Source of the DNA: Bacillales bacterium UBA5348
Lineage (GTDB): Bacteria > Bacillota_I > Bacilli_A > RF39 > UBA660
NCBI GenBank assembly: GCA_002411005.1
Contig: DHQC01000013.1
Coordinates: forward strand, 68,586-132,585
Length of the DNA: 64,000 nucleotides
Direction of reading: 5' to 3'
Below the pieces are notes generated by a model, which ran no database searches, was not told where the DNA came from, and saw nothing but the letters and a program-made list of their open reading frames with translations. The position numbers and the translations under genes are program-made. Shown piece by piece: positions 1 through 9,312 of the stretch. How positions within the stretch are numbered: the first letter of the stretch is position 1; the number at the start of each line of letters is the position of its first letter.

Positions 1-416
1 TTATTGCTAGAAGAATGATTTCCCGCATTAGAGTAGTTGATCCAGGTGATACCAAATTATTAATGGGTAAGATGATATCTGTTAATGAATTTACTGATGC
101 GAATAAAGAAGTTATCCTACAAGGAAAGAAACCAGCTACTGGTAGACCAATTTTGTTAGGAATTACAAAAGCTTCTTTAGAAACAGATTCATTCTTATCA
201 GCAGCTTCATTCCAAGAAACAACAAGAATATTAACTGATGCCTCTATAAAGGGTAAGGTTGATCATCTACTTGGCTTGAAAGAAAATGTTATTATTGGTA
301 AACTTATTCCTGCAGGTACAGGTGCTAAAAAGTATTCGGAAGTTAAATTTGATTTAGAAAATGAATTTATGGATGCCGATCCACTTGATGTATTAGAAGA
401 AAACTTAATGGAATAA
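1..416 (+). CDS. rpoC: DNA-directed RNA polymerase beta' subunit, C-terminal fragment (5' end outside window)
   Basis: C-terminal motif ...[17 protein letters not shown]... typical of RpoC; the ORF runs in from the window edge. Confidence 0.75.
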   Translation, partial: IARRMISRIRVVDPGDTKLLMGKMISVNEFTDANKEVILQGKKPATGRPILLGITKASLETDSFLSAASFQETTRILTDASIKGKVDHLLGLKENVIIGKLIPAGTGAKKYSEVKFDLENEFMDADPLDVLEENLME

Positions 417-524
417 GCAAATAAGGAGATAGTTTTAATAATTATCTCTTTTATTTGCAAATTATAGTAAATTATGTTAAATTAATAGTGCTAATATTTA
501 TAAGAAAGGTTATAATATATAAAG

Positions 525-746
525 GTGATAAATATGGATGTATTTTTAATTATTGTTTCAATTATCCTTATCATTATTGTTTTATTACAAAGTGGGAAGG
601 CTGAAAGTACTTCATCAGTAATTATGGGTGGAAATGCTGATTTGTTCAGCAACAGAAAAGAACGCGGAGGAGAATTATTTGTCAGTCGATTGACAATGGT
701 TTTAGGCATTACGTTCTTCTGTTTATGTCTATTCTTATCTTTTTAA
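525..746 (+). CDS. secG: preprotein translocase subunit SecG
   Basis: 73 aa, two TM helices, LQSGK..GG.....RG.E..L...T SecG signature; sits in the secG-rnr-smpB-ssrA synteny. Confidence 0.75.
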   Translation: MINMDVFLIIVSIILIIIVLLQSGKAESTSSVIMGGNADLFSNRKERGGELFVSRLTMVLGITFFCLCLFLSF

Positions 747-807
747 TGAAAAGGACTTATAAAATAGTCTTTTTTATTTTATAATGTAAATAAGGAGTAG
801 TGATAAC

Positions 808-2907
808 TTGGAAGAAAAAATTTTAGAAATATTAAAAAATAGAAAAAAACCATTAACAATTTATGAGTTGAACGATTTATTAGGCTTTAAAAGTTCTAAT
901 GAATTAAGAGAACTTCAAAATGTTTTAATGACACTAGAAGAAAAAATGGATATTCATAAAAGTAAGAAAAACAGATATTTGTTATTTGAAAATAGTAATT
1001 TTAAAAAGGGTCGTATATCTATTCATAAGAGTGGTCGTTTTGGTTTTGTTATAACAGGAGAAGGAAATTCTGATATAAGAATTGATCAATCTAATTTTAA
1101 TGGTGCTATTCATAATGATGTTGTTGCTGTGGAAATAACTAAAGCAAGAGATAATGAAGGTAGAGTTATTAAAATTTTAGAAAGAGAAAATCCTGACCTT
1201 GTAGGCGAATATATTGTTAAGGATGGTATTGGCTATGTTAAGATGGACAATCCTCGTTATAAAGAGTACTTAATAGCTCCAGAAGATAGTAAAGGAGCAG
1301 TAGAAGGACATAAAGTTTTAGTAAAAAGAACAAAAGAATTACTATCAGGGAATTTTCAAGGTGAAGTTCTTAAAATATTGGGGCATAAAGATGATGTTGG
1401 AGTAGATATATTATCTATTGTTTATGAATATGGAATACCAGATACTTTTAGTGAAGAAGTAATTTCTGAGCTAGAAACTATTCCAAGTAATGTAGAACTA
1501 AAAGATATTACCGGTAGACGTGATTTAAGAAATGAAGTTATATTTACCATTGATGGTGATGATGCAAAGGATTTTGATGATGCTGTCTCAATTAAAAAAT
1601 CAGATAATGGTAATTATTTTTTAGGTGTTCATATAGCAGATGTTAGCCATTATGTTAAAGAAGACAGTGCTATAGGAAAAGAGGCATATGAAAGAGGAAC
1701 TAGTGTATATTTAGTTGATAGAGTTATTCCGATGCTTCCACATCGCTTGTCAAATGGCATTTGTTCATTGAATGAAAAAGTTGATCGTCTAACTTTGAGC
1801 TGTGATATGGAAATTGATGCTAAGGGAAAAGTTGTAAGTTATGATATATATACTAGTGTAATTAATTCCAAGAAGAGAATGACTTATAATAATGTTAATA
1901 AAATTCTAGATAAAAACGAAATACCAGAAGGTTATGAACCTTTTGCCAATGATCTTATGATGATGAAAGAATTGGCAGATTTATTAAGAAAGAATAAAGT
2001 GGCTCGTGGTTATTTAGACTTTGATATCGATGAAATGAAAATTATCGTCGATAAAGAAGGTGAACCTATTGAAATAGGTAAAAGGGAAAGCGGCTCAGGC
2101 GAAAAACTAATTGAGGATTTTATGATTGCAGCAAATGAAACTATTGCTACTCATTTTCATTGGTTGGATGATACTCCTTTAGTTTATCGTATCCACGAAA
2201 AGCCAGATACTAAGAAAATAGAACAATTTATTATATTTTTAAATAGTTTAGGTTATCGTGTTAAAGGTAAAAGTAAAGATTTTAACTCAAAAGCTATGCA
2301 AGAAATATTGAAAATCTTACAAGAAACAGAAGAATGGCGTGTTTTAGGAAATATGGCTTTAAGAACCATGAAAAAAGCACGTTATAGTCCTGTGAATGTA
2401 GGCCACTTTGGTCTAGGTAGTAAATATTATACCCACTTTACTTCGCCGATTAGAAGATTGCCTGATTTAATTGTACATAGAGAAATTAAAGGTCTTCAAG
2501 CTGAACTGGGTTACAAAAAGAATTATTCATTAGATGAACTGACTGTATATGCTAATCATGCTTCGTTAATGGAGGATCGTTCTGTTAAATGTGAACGAGC
2601 AGTTGAAAAATATATGTCAGTCAAATATATGGAGGGTCATATTGGTGAAGAATATGACGCAATTATATCAAGTATTAGTAGAGATGGTATTTGGGTTCAA
2701 TTAGATAATTTAATAGAGGGTTTAATTAAAATAAGTGAAATAGGTAATGATTATTTTGAATTCGATGAAACTATTCAAATAGTTAAAGGTAGAAAATCTG
2801 GTAAAGTTTATCGTATTGGTGAAAAGATAAGGGTTGTTGTAACTGATGCTTCTAAAGTGGATAGTGAAATTGACTTTGCATTTGTTAAAAAAATAAGTAA
2901 AAAGTAG
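808..2907 (+). CDS. rnr: ribonuclease R (RNB family 3'-5' exoribonuclease, C-terminal S1 domain)
   Basis: 699 aa; RNB catalytic region (DFDDAVS, HIADVSHYV, ERGTSVYLVDRVIPMLP); TTG start with AAGGAG RBS; conserved position before smpB. Confidence 0.9.
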   Translation: MEEKILEILKNRKKPLTIYELNDLLGFKSSNELRELQNVLMTLEEKMDIHKSKKNRYLLFENSNFKKGRISIHKSGRFGFVITGEGNSDIRIDQSNFNGAIHNDVVAVEITKARDNEGRVIKILERENPDLVGEYIVKDGIGYVKMDNPRYKEYLIAPEDSKGAVEGHKVLVKRTKELLSGNFQGEVLKILGHKDDVGVDILSIVYEYGIPDTFSEEVISELETIPSNVELKDITGRRDLRNEVIFTIDGDDAKDFDDAVSIKKSDNGNYFLGVHIADVSHYVKEDSAIGKEAYERGTSVYLVDRVIPMLPHRLSNGICSLNEKVDRLTLSCDMEIDAKGKVVSYDIYTSVINSKKRMTYNNVNKILDKNEIPEGYEPFANDLMMMKELADLLRKNKVARGYLDFDIDEMKIIVDKEGEPIEIGKRESGSGEKLIEDFMIAANETIATHFHWLDDTPLVYRIHEKPDTKKIEQFIIFLNSLGYRVKGKSKDFNSKAMQEILKILQETEEWRVLGNMALRTMKKARYSPVNVGHFGLGSKYYTHFTSPIRRLPDLIVHREIKGLQAELGYKKNYSLDELTVYANHASLMEDRSVKCERAVEKYMSVKYMEGHIGEEYDAIISSISRDGIWVQLDNLIEGLIKISEIGNDYFEFDETIQIVKGRKSGKVYRIGEKIRVVVTDASKVDSEIDFAFVKKISKK

Positions 2908-2914
2908 GGATAAT

Positions 2915-4090
2915 ATGAGAAAGAGAAAACCTAATTATAAGAAAATTATTAGTTTTTTACTTTTGCTATGTTTAGTTATTGGTTTTCCTGTTTATTGGTT
3001 TCTATTTAAGGGTAACGAAAATGGAAATGATACAGAAAGTCCAGTAGTAGATAAAAAAGACAAAAAGGATATGGAAAAAGAAGACGACAAAAAAGAATAT
3101 AGTTTAGATATGATTATGGTAGGAGATGCTTTAATTCACGCTAATGTATTTAATGACGCTAAGTCATCAAATGGTTATAATTTTAAACCTATGTTTGAAT
3201 ATGTTAGTGATACTATAAAAAGTTATGATTTAGCATTCTATAATCAAGAAACACCTTTTGCGGGTAAGGATATTGGTTATAGTGGATATCCAAGTTTTAA
3301 TACACCTTCTAAATATGGAGATGATATGCTTGATATGGGCTTTAATCTAGTTTCTTTAGCAACTAACCATACTATGGATAAAGGCGCAACAGGTGCTATT
3401 AATTCTCTTGAATATTGGAATTCAAAAGATGTTCTTGCTGTTGGTTCTTATTTATCGTTAGAAGATCGTAATAAAATAAATATCAAGGAAAAAAACAATA
3501 TAAAATATACTATGTTAGCATATACCCTGACTACAAATTCAGCTATTCCGGCAGGAAAATCATATTTATTAAATATGTATGATAAAGCAAAAGCTACAGA
3601 AGACATAAACAAAGTTAAAGATCAGGTTGATTTATTAATTGTTTCTATGCATTGGGGAGATGAATACCAATTACAACCTAATGCTAGACAAAAAGAAATA
3701 GCAACATATTTAGCATCTCTTGGGGTAGATATTATAATTGGAACTCATACTCACTCTGTTCAACCGATCGAGTATATAGATGGCACATTAGTTATATACT
3801 CATTAGGTAATTTTATTTCTAGTCAATTATATGAAGATAATTTAATAGGGTTAATGCCAACCCTAAAGGTGACAAAAACAATTGAAGATAATGAATCAGC
3901 AATAGAAATAAGTGACTTAGAAGCAACTTTAATATACACATATTATGATAATCATAGAAATCATAAAGTTATTCCTTTTGATAAGTTAACATCTAACGAG
4001 TTTACTAAATATAAAACATATTACGAAAAATATAAGGAGGTACTTACAAGTATGGATGAAACTATAACTGTAGGTTCTGTTAATGAATAA
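2915..4090 (+). CDS. CapA/PGA_cap family metallophosphatase-like membrane-anchored protein
   Basis: N-terminal TM helix; calcineurin-like motifs (MIMVGDALIH, GTHTH, YSLGNFIS) typical of the CapA family. Confidence 0.6.
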   Translation: MRKRKPNYKKIISFLLLLCLVIGFPVYWFLFKGNENGNDTESPVVDKKDKKDMEKEDDKKEYSLDMIMVGDALIHANVFNDAKSSNGYNFKPMFEYVSDTIKSYDLAFYNQETPFAGKDIGYSGYPSFNTPSKYGDDMLDMGFNLVSLATNHTMDKGATGAINSLEYWNSKDVLAVGSYLSLEDRNKINIKEKNNIKYTMLAYTLTTNSAIPAGKSYLLNMYDKAKATEDINKVKDQVDLLIVSMHWGDEYQLQPNARQKEIATYLASLGVDIIIGTHTHSVQPIEYIDGTLVIYSLGNFISSQLYEDNLIGLMPTLKVTKTIEDNESAIEISDLEATLIYTYYDNHRNHKVIPFDKLTSNEFTKYKTYYEKYKEVLTSMDETITVGSVNE

Positions 4091-4101
4091 GGTGATAAAT
4101 A

Positions 4102-4545
4102 GTGGAAATAAATAATAGAAAAGCGACCTATAATTATTTTATTGAGAATACATATGAGGCAGGTATTGCATTAAAAGGAACTGAAATTAAGTCTATCAGA
4201 GAAGGTAGTGCTAATTTGCAGGATAGCTATGCTGTAATTAGGAAAAATGAAGTTTTTCTTCTTAATATGTATGTTTCTCATTATAAAGAAGGAAATCAAT
4301 TTAATCACGAAGAACGACGTACTAGAAAATTACTACTTCATAAAAATGAAATTCTTAAAATATCTAATAAAATAAATACAGAAGGTTATACCTTAATTCC
4401 ACTCAAGCTTTATTTTAAACGTAATAAGGTTAAAATATTATTAGGTTTAGCTAAAGGGAAAAAAATATTTGATAAAAGAGAAACAATAAAGAAAAGAGAT
4501 TTAGAAAGAGAAGCTAAAAAAGAAGCTAAGTATAGTTTTAGGTGA
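4102..4545 (+). CDS. smpB: SsrA-binding protein SmpB
   Basis: 147 aa; GIALKGTEIKSIR / RTRKLLLHK motifs; lies just upstream of the tmRNA gene. Confidence 0.9.
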   Translation: MEINNRKATYNYFIENTYEAGIALKGTEIKSIREGSANLQDSYAVIRKNEVFLLNMYVSHYKEGNQFNHEERRTRKLLLHKNEILKISNKINTEGYTLIPLKLYFKRNKVKILLGLAKGKKIFDKRETIKKRDLEREAKKEAKYSFR

Positions 4546-4549
4546 TAAA

Positions 4550-4957
4550 ATGAAAATATTTATTATATGTAGCAAGGCATTCTATGATAGAATCCCCGAT
4601 ATTAAGCAAAAGCTAGAGGAAAACCATCACATGGTTTTTTTACCTAATTGTTATGACAATCCTGGTATGGAAGCTGAAATGCGTAATCTTGGTGCTGAAG
4701 AGCATTCGAAATTTAAAGCTAAAATGTTTAAACAAAGTGAAAAATTAACTAAAGATATGGACGCTGTGCTTGTTTTAAACTTTAATAAAAATGGTGTTGA
4801 TAATTATATAGGTGGAGCAACCTTTTTGGAAATGTATGATGCTTTCAGAATGAATAAAAAGATATATTTATATAATTCAATCCCTAAAGGAATGTTAGAA
4901 GATGAAATTATAGGTTTTAATCCCATATTGATTAATACTGATATTAATCAATTGTAA
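4550..4957 (+). CDS. small Rossmann-like protein, nucleoside 2-deoxyribosyltransferase-like (YtoQ-like) fold suspected
   Basis: 135 aa; MKIFIICS strand, DAVLVL strand, GGATFLEMYDAF resembles the D.GT.FE.G.A motif of the NDT family; no TM. Confidence 0.3.
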   Translation: MKIFIICSKAFYDRIPDIKQKLEENHHMVFLPNCYDNPGMEAEMRNLGAEEHSKFKAKMFKQSEKLTKDMDAVLVLNFNKNGVDNYIGGATFLEMYDAFRMNKKIYLYNSIPKGMLEDEIIGFNPILINTDINQL

Positions 4958-4961
4958 AAAT

Positions 4962-4992
4962 ATTTACATATAAACAATTGTGTGTTATAATC
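4962..4992 (+). promoter_or_regulatory. sigma-A type promoter for ssrA
   Basis: ttgtaa ... gttataat about 10 nt upstream of the tmRNA 5' end. Confidence 0.4.
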
Positions 4993-5002
4993 TTTCACAC
5001 AT

Positions 5003-5344
5003 GGGGCTGCTTGGTTTCGACGGGAACTATAAAGCTTAGATGGCAAGTCGTAGGCATGCGTTAAATCCATCAGTTTAATAACTGGAAATAATAAATTAGC
5101 ATTCGCTGCTTAATTAAGCATTAGCGAGCTCTTCTTATCGTTTTTCTCACGAAGGATATTAAGGGCACATTAAAGTGAGATATATCATTGTCTTGTTTGG
5201 GTGCAATGATGAAAATTACCAAACTAGTTAGTGATTGGTTGTTAATTTCTATAATTACTAATGAATTTAATAAATTAACTAAACTTGTAGAAGTCTCTGA
5301 AGTTATATTTTCGGACAGGGGTTCAATTCCCCTCAGCTCCACCA
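5003..5344 (+). ncRNA. ssrA: tmRNA (SsrA)
   Basis: 5' GGGGCTGCTTGGTTTCGACGGG and 3' GGACAGGGGTTCAATTCCCCTCAGCTCCACCA tRNA-like ends; internal tag reading frame ...GNNKLAFAA* (gga aat aat aaa tta gca ttc gct gct taa); immediately downstream of smpB. Confidence 0.9.
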
Positions 5345-5399
5345 ATAATTTTAAAATAAATGATAAAAACAATGAAGAGAAATAGTAATAAATTTATTA

Positions 5400-5587
5400 C
5401 TTAAAAGAGAGTTAGCGGCTGGTGCAAGCTAATAAGGGTAGTTTATGAACGTGTCTTGGAGTTGAATATTGAATTAAGTAAATATTCCGCATAGCTGTGT
5501 TAAAGTTTTGAGAGATAGTATTCATATACTATAATTAAGGTGGTACCGCGTTATAACGTCCTTTCAGGATTTTTATGACGTTTTTTT
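5400..5587 (+). promoter_or_regulatory. T-box riboswitch leader upstream of argS
   Basis: conserved T-box sequence aattaaggtggtaccgcg at 5533-5550; terminator hairpin acgtcctttcaggatttttatgacgt + T-run at 5556-5587 directly before the argS RBS. Confidence 0.75.
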
Positions 5588-5604
5588 ATAGAAGGAGAGA
5601 TAAG

Positions 5605-7317
5605 ATGATAACGGATGAATTAGAGGAAATATTTAGTAAAAATATAAATGAATTAGGTTATATTGGTGAGTATGGTAAGATAGCTACATCAAACCGAGCA
5701 GAGCTTTGTGATTATCAATGTAATGATATTTTTAAAATATCAAAAGAATATCATGAGAATCCAGTAGAAATTGGTGAAAAGATAGTTGAAAAAATAAAAT
5801 CATTAACAAATTACAGTGATTATTTTGATAATGTTGAATTTTCAAAACCAGGATTTATAAATATAACATTAAGTAATACTTTTATAAATAAACATGTTTT
5901 AAATATAATAACTAAATATAATTTAGGTGTTGAACAAAGCAAAAGTGAAAGAATATACTTTTTAGACTATGGTGGTCCAAATATAGCTAAGCCGTTACAT
6001 GTTGGTCATTTAAGAGCTGCAATAATTGGTGAATCACTTAAAAGAATTATTGAGTTTAAAGGATATAAAACAGTTGGCGATGTTCACTTAGGTGATTATG
6101 GCTTACAGATAGGTCAGGTTATTTATGGCTTGTTAGATGATTTTAAAGGTACAGCTTCAAAGGATATTGTTTTTGATTTAGCGTACTTGGATGAGTTATA
6201 TCCTAGAATGTCTAAATTATGCAAAGAGGATGAAGAGGTATTAAAGAGTGCCCAAAGAATAACTAAGGATCTTCAAGATGGTAATGAAGATTACCAAATA
6301 TTATGGAAAAAGATTTGTGAATTGTCTTCCGCTGATATAAAGGAGATATATAAATTTTTAGATGTATCATTTACTTTGTGGAATGGTGAAAGTGATAGTT
6401 ATCCTTACATACCCAAAATTATTAAATATTTAGAAGATAAAAACTTAATAGAATTAAGTGAAGGCGCTAAAATAGTTCAAGTAGGTGAAGAAACTGATGC
6501 AAAGGAAATGCCTCCATTCATATTACAAAAAAGTGATGGAGCATTCTTATATAGCACCACTGATTTAGCTACTATTTATGAAAGAATGGAAAAATATAAT
6601 CCGAGTCATATTCTATATGTTGTAGATGCAAGACAAAAATTACATTTTGAACAATTGTTTAGAGTTTGTAAAAAATCATTATTAGTAACTGATACTTCAT
6701 TAGAACATATTGGATTTGGTACTGTAAATGGTGTTGATGGTAAACCTTTTAAAACAAGAGATGGTGGATCTCTAAAACTTACTGATTTATTTTTACAAGT
6801 TAGGGAAGAATTTATTAATAAAAAAGAATCTAATCAAGAAATGTCATTTGAAGATGTAGATAAGATCGTTAATGCGATTATAAAGTTTGCTGATCTACAA
6901 AATAGCTTGGAAAACAATTATATATTTGATATAAAGAAATTTTCAGATGTGATTGGAAAGACAGGGCCATATATTTTGTATACTTATTTAAGAATTAATA
7001 AAATTCTAAGTAGTGAAAATTATAATATTAATTTATCTAATCAAATATATAACATTTATGATCGAAACTTAAGACTTAAATTATTAGAATTAAATTCATA
7101 TATAGACAAAGCTTTTAATGAGAGAAAACCAAGCTTTGTAGCTGATTATGTATATGAGTTATGTGTAACAGCAAATGCTTTTTATCAAAATAATTATATA
7201 GTTAATCTTGAAGATAATGAAAATAAGAGCGATTGGCTCAGTGTATTAAATATTTCAAATCAAGTAATTAAGAAGATGTTAGAATTATTAATTATTGAAA
7301 TTCCTACTCAAATGTAA
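5605..7317 (+). CDS. argS: arginine--tRNA ligase
   Basis: HIGH-region PNIAKPLHVGHLRAAIIG, class I ArgS length; GAAGGAGAG RBS before the ATG at 5605. The upstream ATG at 5575 lies inside the T-box terminator. Confidence 0.9.
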   Translation: MITDELEEIFSKNINELGYIGEYGKIATSNRAELCDYQCNDIFKISKEYHENPVEIGEKIVEKIKSLTNYSDYFDNVEFSKPGFINITLSNTFINKHVLNIITKYNLGVEQSKSERIYFLDYGGPNIAKPLHVGHLRAAIIGESLKRIIEFKGYKTVGDVHLGDYGLQIGQVIYGLLDDFKGTASKDIVFDLAYLDELYPRMSKLCKEDEEVLKSAQRITKDLQDGNEDYQILWKKICELSSADIKEIYKFLDVSFTLWNGESDSYPYIPKIIKYLEDKNLIELSEGAKIVQVGEETDAKEMPPFILQKSDGAFLYSTTDLATIYERMEKYNPSHILYVVDARQKLHFEQLFRVCKKSLLVTDTSLEHIGFGTVNGVDGKPFKTRDGGSLKLTDLFLQVREEFINKKESNQEMSFEDVDKIVNAIIKFADLQNSLENNYIFDIKKFSDVIGKTGPYILYTYLRINKILSSENYNINLSNQIYNIYDRNLRLKLLELNSYIDKAFNERKPSFVADYVYELCVTANAFYQNNYIVNLEDNENKSDWLSVLNISNQVIKKMLELLIIEIPTQM

Positions 7318-7323
7318 ATATAA

Positions 7324-7352
7324 GAAAAAGATCTTGATGTTCAAGATCTTTT
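7324..7352. terminator. bidirectional rho-independent terminator between argS and the HerA-like gene
   Basis: aaaagatcttgatgttcaagatctttt perfect hairpin flanked by A/T runs on both sides. Confidence 0.7.
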
Positions 7353-7354
7353 AT

Positions 7355-9136
7355 TTACTTAAAATGTCCACTCCATATATCAAACACAAGAGCATTACTA
7401 CTTTGTGGCGGTGGAGTTGGAGCCTCCAATTTGATAATCATTGGAATTTTGAAAGCTTTTCCTAAACCAACACAGTATCCTGGTTGAATGCTTCTTTGTT
7501 TCTCAATGATATCGGTATTTATGTTTGGTATTGCTTTTTTCATATATTCTAAGTCCCTAGGATGATTTGTTCTAAATAATAGGAAAGAAGAGCATTGTGA
7601 TAAAACAGTTTCAGAAAGTTCTGTTGGTCTTTGTGAAATTAATGTTAAAATTATTCCATATTTACGTCCTTCTTTAGCGATACTTTCAAAAACATTATTT
7701 CCATATATGATATTATAATCGTCTTTAACAAAACGGTGAGCTTCTTCTAAAAAGATATGAACAGGGATAGAGGCTCTGTTTTTTAAATTTGCAACAAAAT
7801 CAAACATTAATTTAGAATACGTTCGTGTAATAAAATATGCAAATTGGTCTTCAAGACCCTCAATATTAAAATCAATTATTTGTGTTCTTGCTTGACCGTT
7901 TTCGGTCACCAAGTCTGCAATATACCCTTCTAAATTAACATAATTTTGGTATTCAAAGTATTTGCTATATCCACCTACAACAAGTGCGTGTAATCTCATC
8001 TTTAGCATCATTGCACTATTATAGAGCTTTTCGTTACTTAATATATTTTCTGATATTATTACAAAATTAAGTGCATCTTCTAGATCTGTCAGGCTACATT
8101 TACCAACCATTTTAGTGGCTTGTTTTTCTAAATCATCATTTATAAATTGTTCAATATATTCACTTACTAGAATGTTTTCGGCAAATGTTCCTGTTTTATT
8201 AATGTCAAAACATTTTCTAAATTCTCTTGTGTAGCCTATGCCCGGGATTTCTATATTCATTGATAATTCATTTGTTGAACAAATACTAAGAATATCAAAT
8301 ATTTCACTTCTAATTCTGGTTGCTGACAGATTTGAATACATTAATGTTTGGATAGATTTTGCAATAATATGATTTTTGTATTTAGCAGCATTATCATTCC
8401 CTTGTGTTAAAATAGCTAGAACAAAAATTGTTTTCTCAATAATAGATAATTGGCTATATTCTGTCGCTCCAAGGAGGCATGCAATATCATCTATATCAAG
8501 TAGCCATAAAGGTATTGACATTAAATTTGCCTCATCGCTTGTATCTGTAGAATAACGTTTAACTTTATAATTTTGATTAATTGTATTTATATTTTTAAAT
8601 GCAGATGTATATTCCCCATGAGCATCAAAAAGTAGAATCATAGAGTTAAGTGCTATATTATTAGGATTCTGGTATAAAGATTGTAATATTCTAGCAACTC
8701 CATAGGATTTACCACTACCTGTATTACCAAAGATTGCAACATGGCCACTAAACAAATCATCAACATTAACATTTACAGGACGATTATATAAGACAGATGT
8801 ACCAAAAGAAAAACTCTTCTTATCGTTTGTATTCATAATGATATTTAACTCATCATCAGAAATTAATCTAACACTTGAATTTAACTTGGGCTTTCTTATT
8901 ACTCCGGGTACTAAAGTATTATCTTTAAATTCGCCTAAAAATTGTACATTAACAATGTCCCCATCTATTTCTTCTATTTCACCTAAAATTCTGCGTTCTC
9001 CGTCATCAAAAATAAGGTGTAAATTCATTAAATCTTTAGAAAAGGTTTCATTTGTTGTAATTTTCATTTTAGCTTCATTATCGTTTATAAATATTATCTT
9101 TTCTAACATAGTAATCACCTCTATCATCTCTTCCAT
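7355..9136 (-). CDS. HerA-like (DUF87) FtsK/HerA-superfamily ATPase, standalone
   Basis: 593 aa; N-terminal HAS-barrel-like region (GEIEEIDGDIVNVQFLGEF...PGVIRKP), Walker A VAIFGNTGSGKSYGV, Walker B IFLEEAHRFV, sensor region LISQRPTELSETVLSQCSSFLLFR. Confidence 0.7.
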   Translation of the reverse strand: MEEMIEVITMLEKIIFINDNEAKMKITTNETFSKDLMNLHLIFDDGERRILGEIEEIDGDIVNVQFLGEFKDNTLVPGVIRKPKLNSSVRLISDDELNIIMNTNDKKSFSFGTSVLYNRPVNVNVDDLFSGHVAIFGNTGSGKSYGVARILQSLYQNPNNIALNSMILLFDAHGEYTSAFKNINTINQNYKVKRYSTDTSDEANLMSIPLWLLDIDDIACLLGATEYSQLSIIEKTIFVLAILTQGNDNAAKYKNHIIAKSIQTLMYSNLSATRIRSEIFDILSICSTNELSMNIEIPGIGYTREFRKCFDINKTGTFAENILVSEYIEQFINDDLEKQATKMVGKCSLTDLEDALNFVIISENILSNEKLYNSAMMLKMRLHALVVGGYSKYFEYQNYVNLEGYIADLVTENGQARTQIIDFNIEGLEDQFAYFITRTYSKLMFDFVANLKNRASIPVHIFLEEAHRFVKDDYNIIYGNNVFESIAKEGRKYGIILTLISQRPTELSETVLSQCSSFLLFRTNHPRDLEYMKKAIPNINTDIIEKQRSIQPGYCVGLGKAFKIPMIIKLEAPTPPPQSSNALVFDIWSGHFK

Positions 9137-9312
9137 TATAAAGTAGATTTGTATTTAAGACAATATTTAATCACAATTTAATTATTTATAGGTTTATCTC
9201 TTAACAAAAAACAAAATCTATAAAAATGTCAAAAAGCAAAAGTTTGTTAGAATAACATAATTATTAGTAATATTTAAATTCTTAGGCTATAATATAATAA
9301 GGGTGATAAGAT

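Noticed and set aside
5121-5385. Two ORFs (83 aa on the - strand, 65 aa on the + strand) in the six-frame track
   Set aside because: Both lie entirely within the tmRNA gene, whose tRNA-like ends and tag frame explain this sequence. They are spurious.
5575-5604. Upstream ATG giving a 580-aa argS ORF (MTFFYRRRDK...)
   Set aside because: This ATG sits inside the T-box terminator stem and U-tract and has no RBS. The ATG at 5605 has a GAAGGAGAG RBS and gives a normal ArgS N-terminus.
8838-9146. 102-aa + strand ORF
   Set aside because: Antisense to and fully inside the HerA-like gene; low-complexity Ile/Ser-rich translation typical of AT-rich antisense frames.
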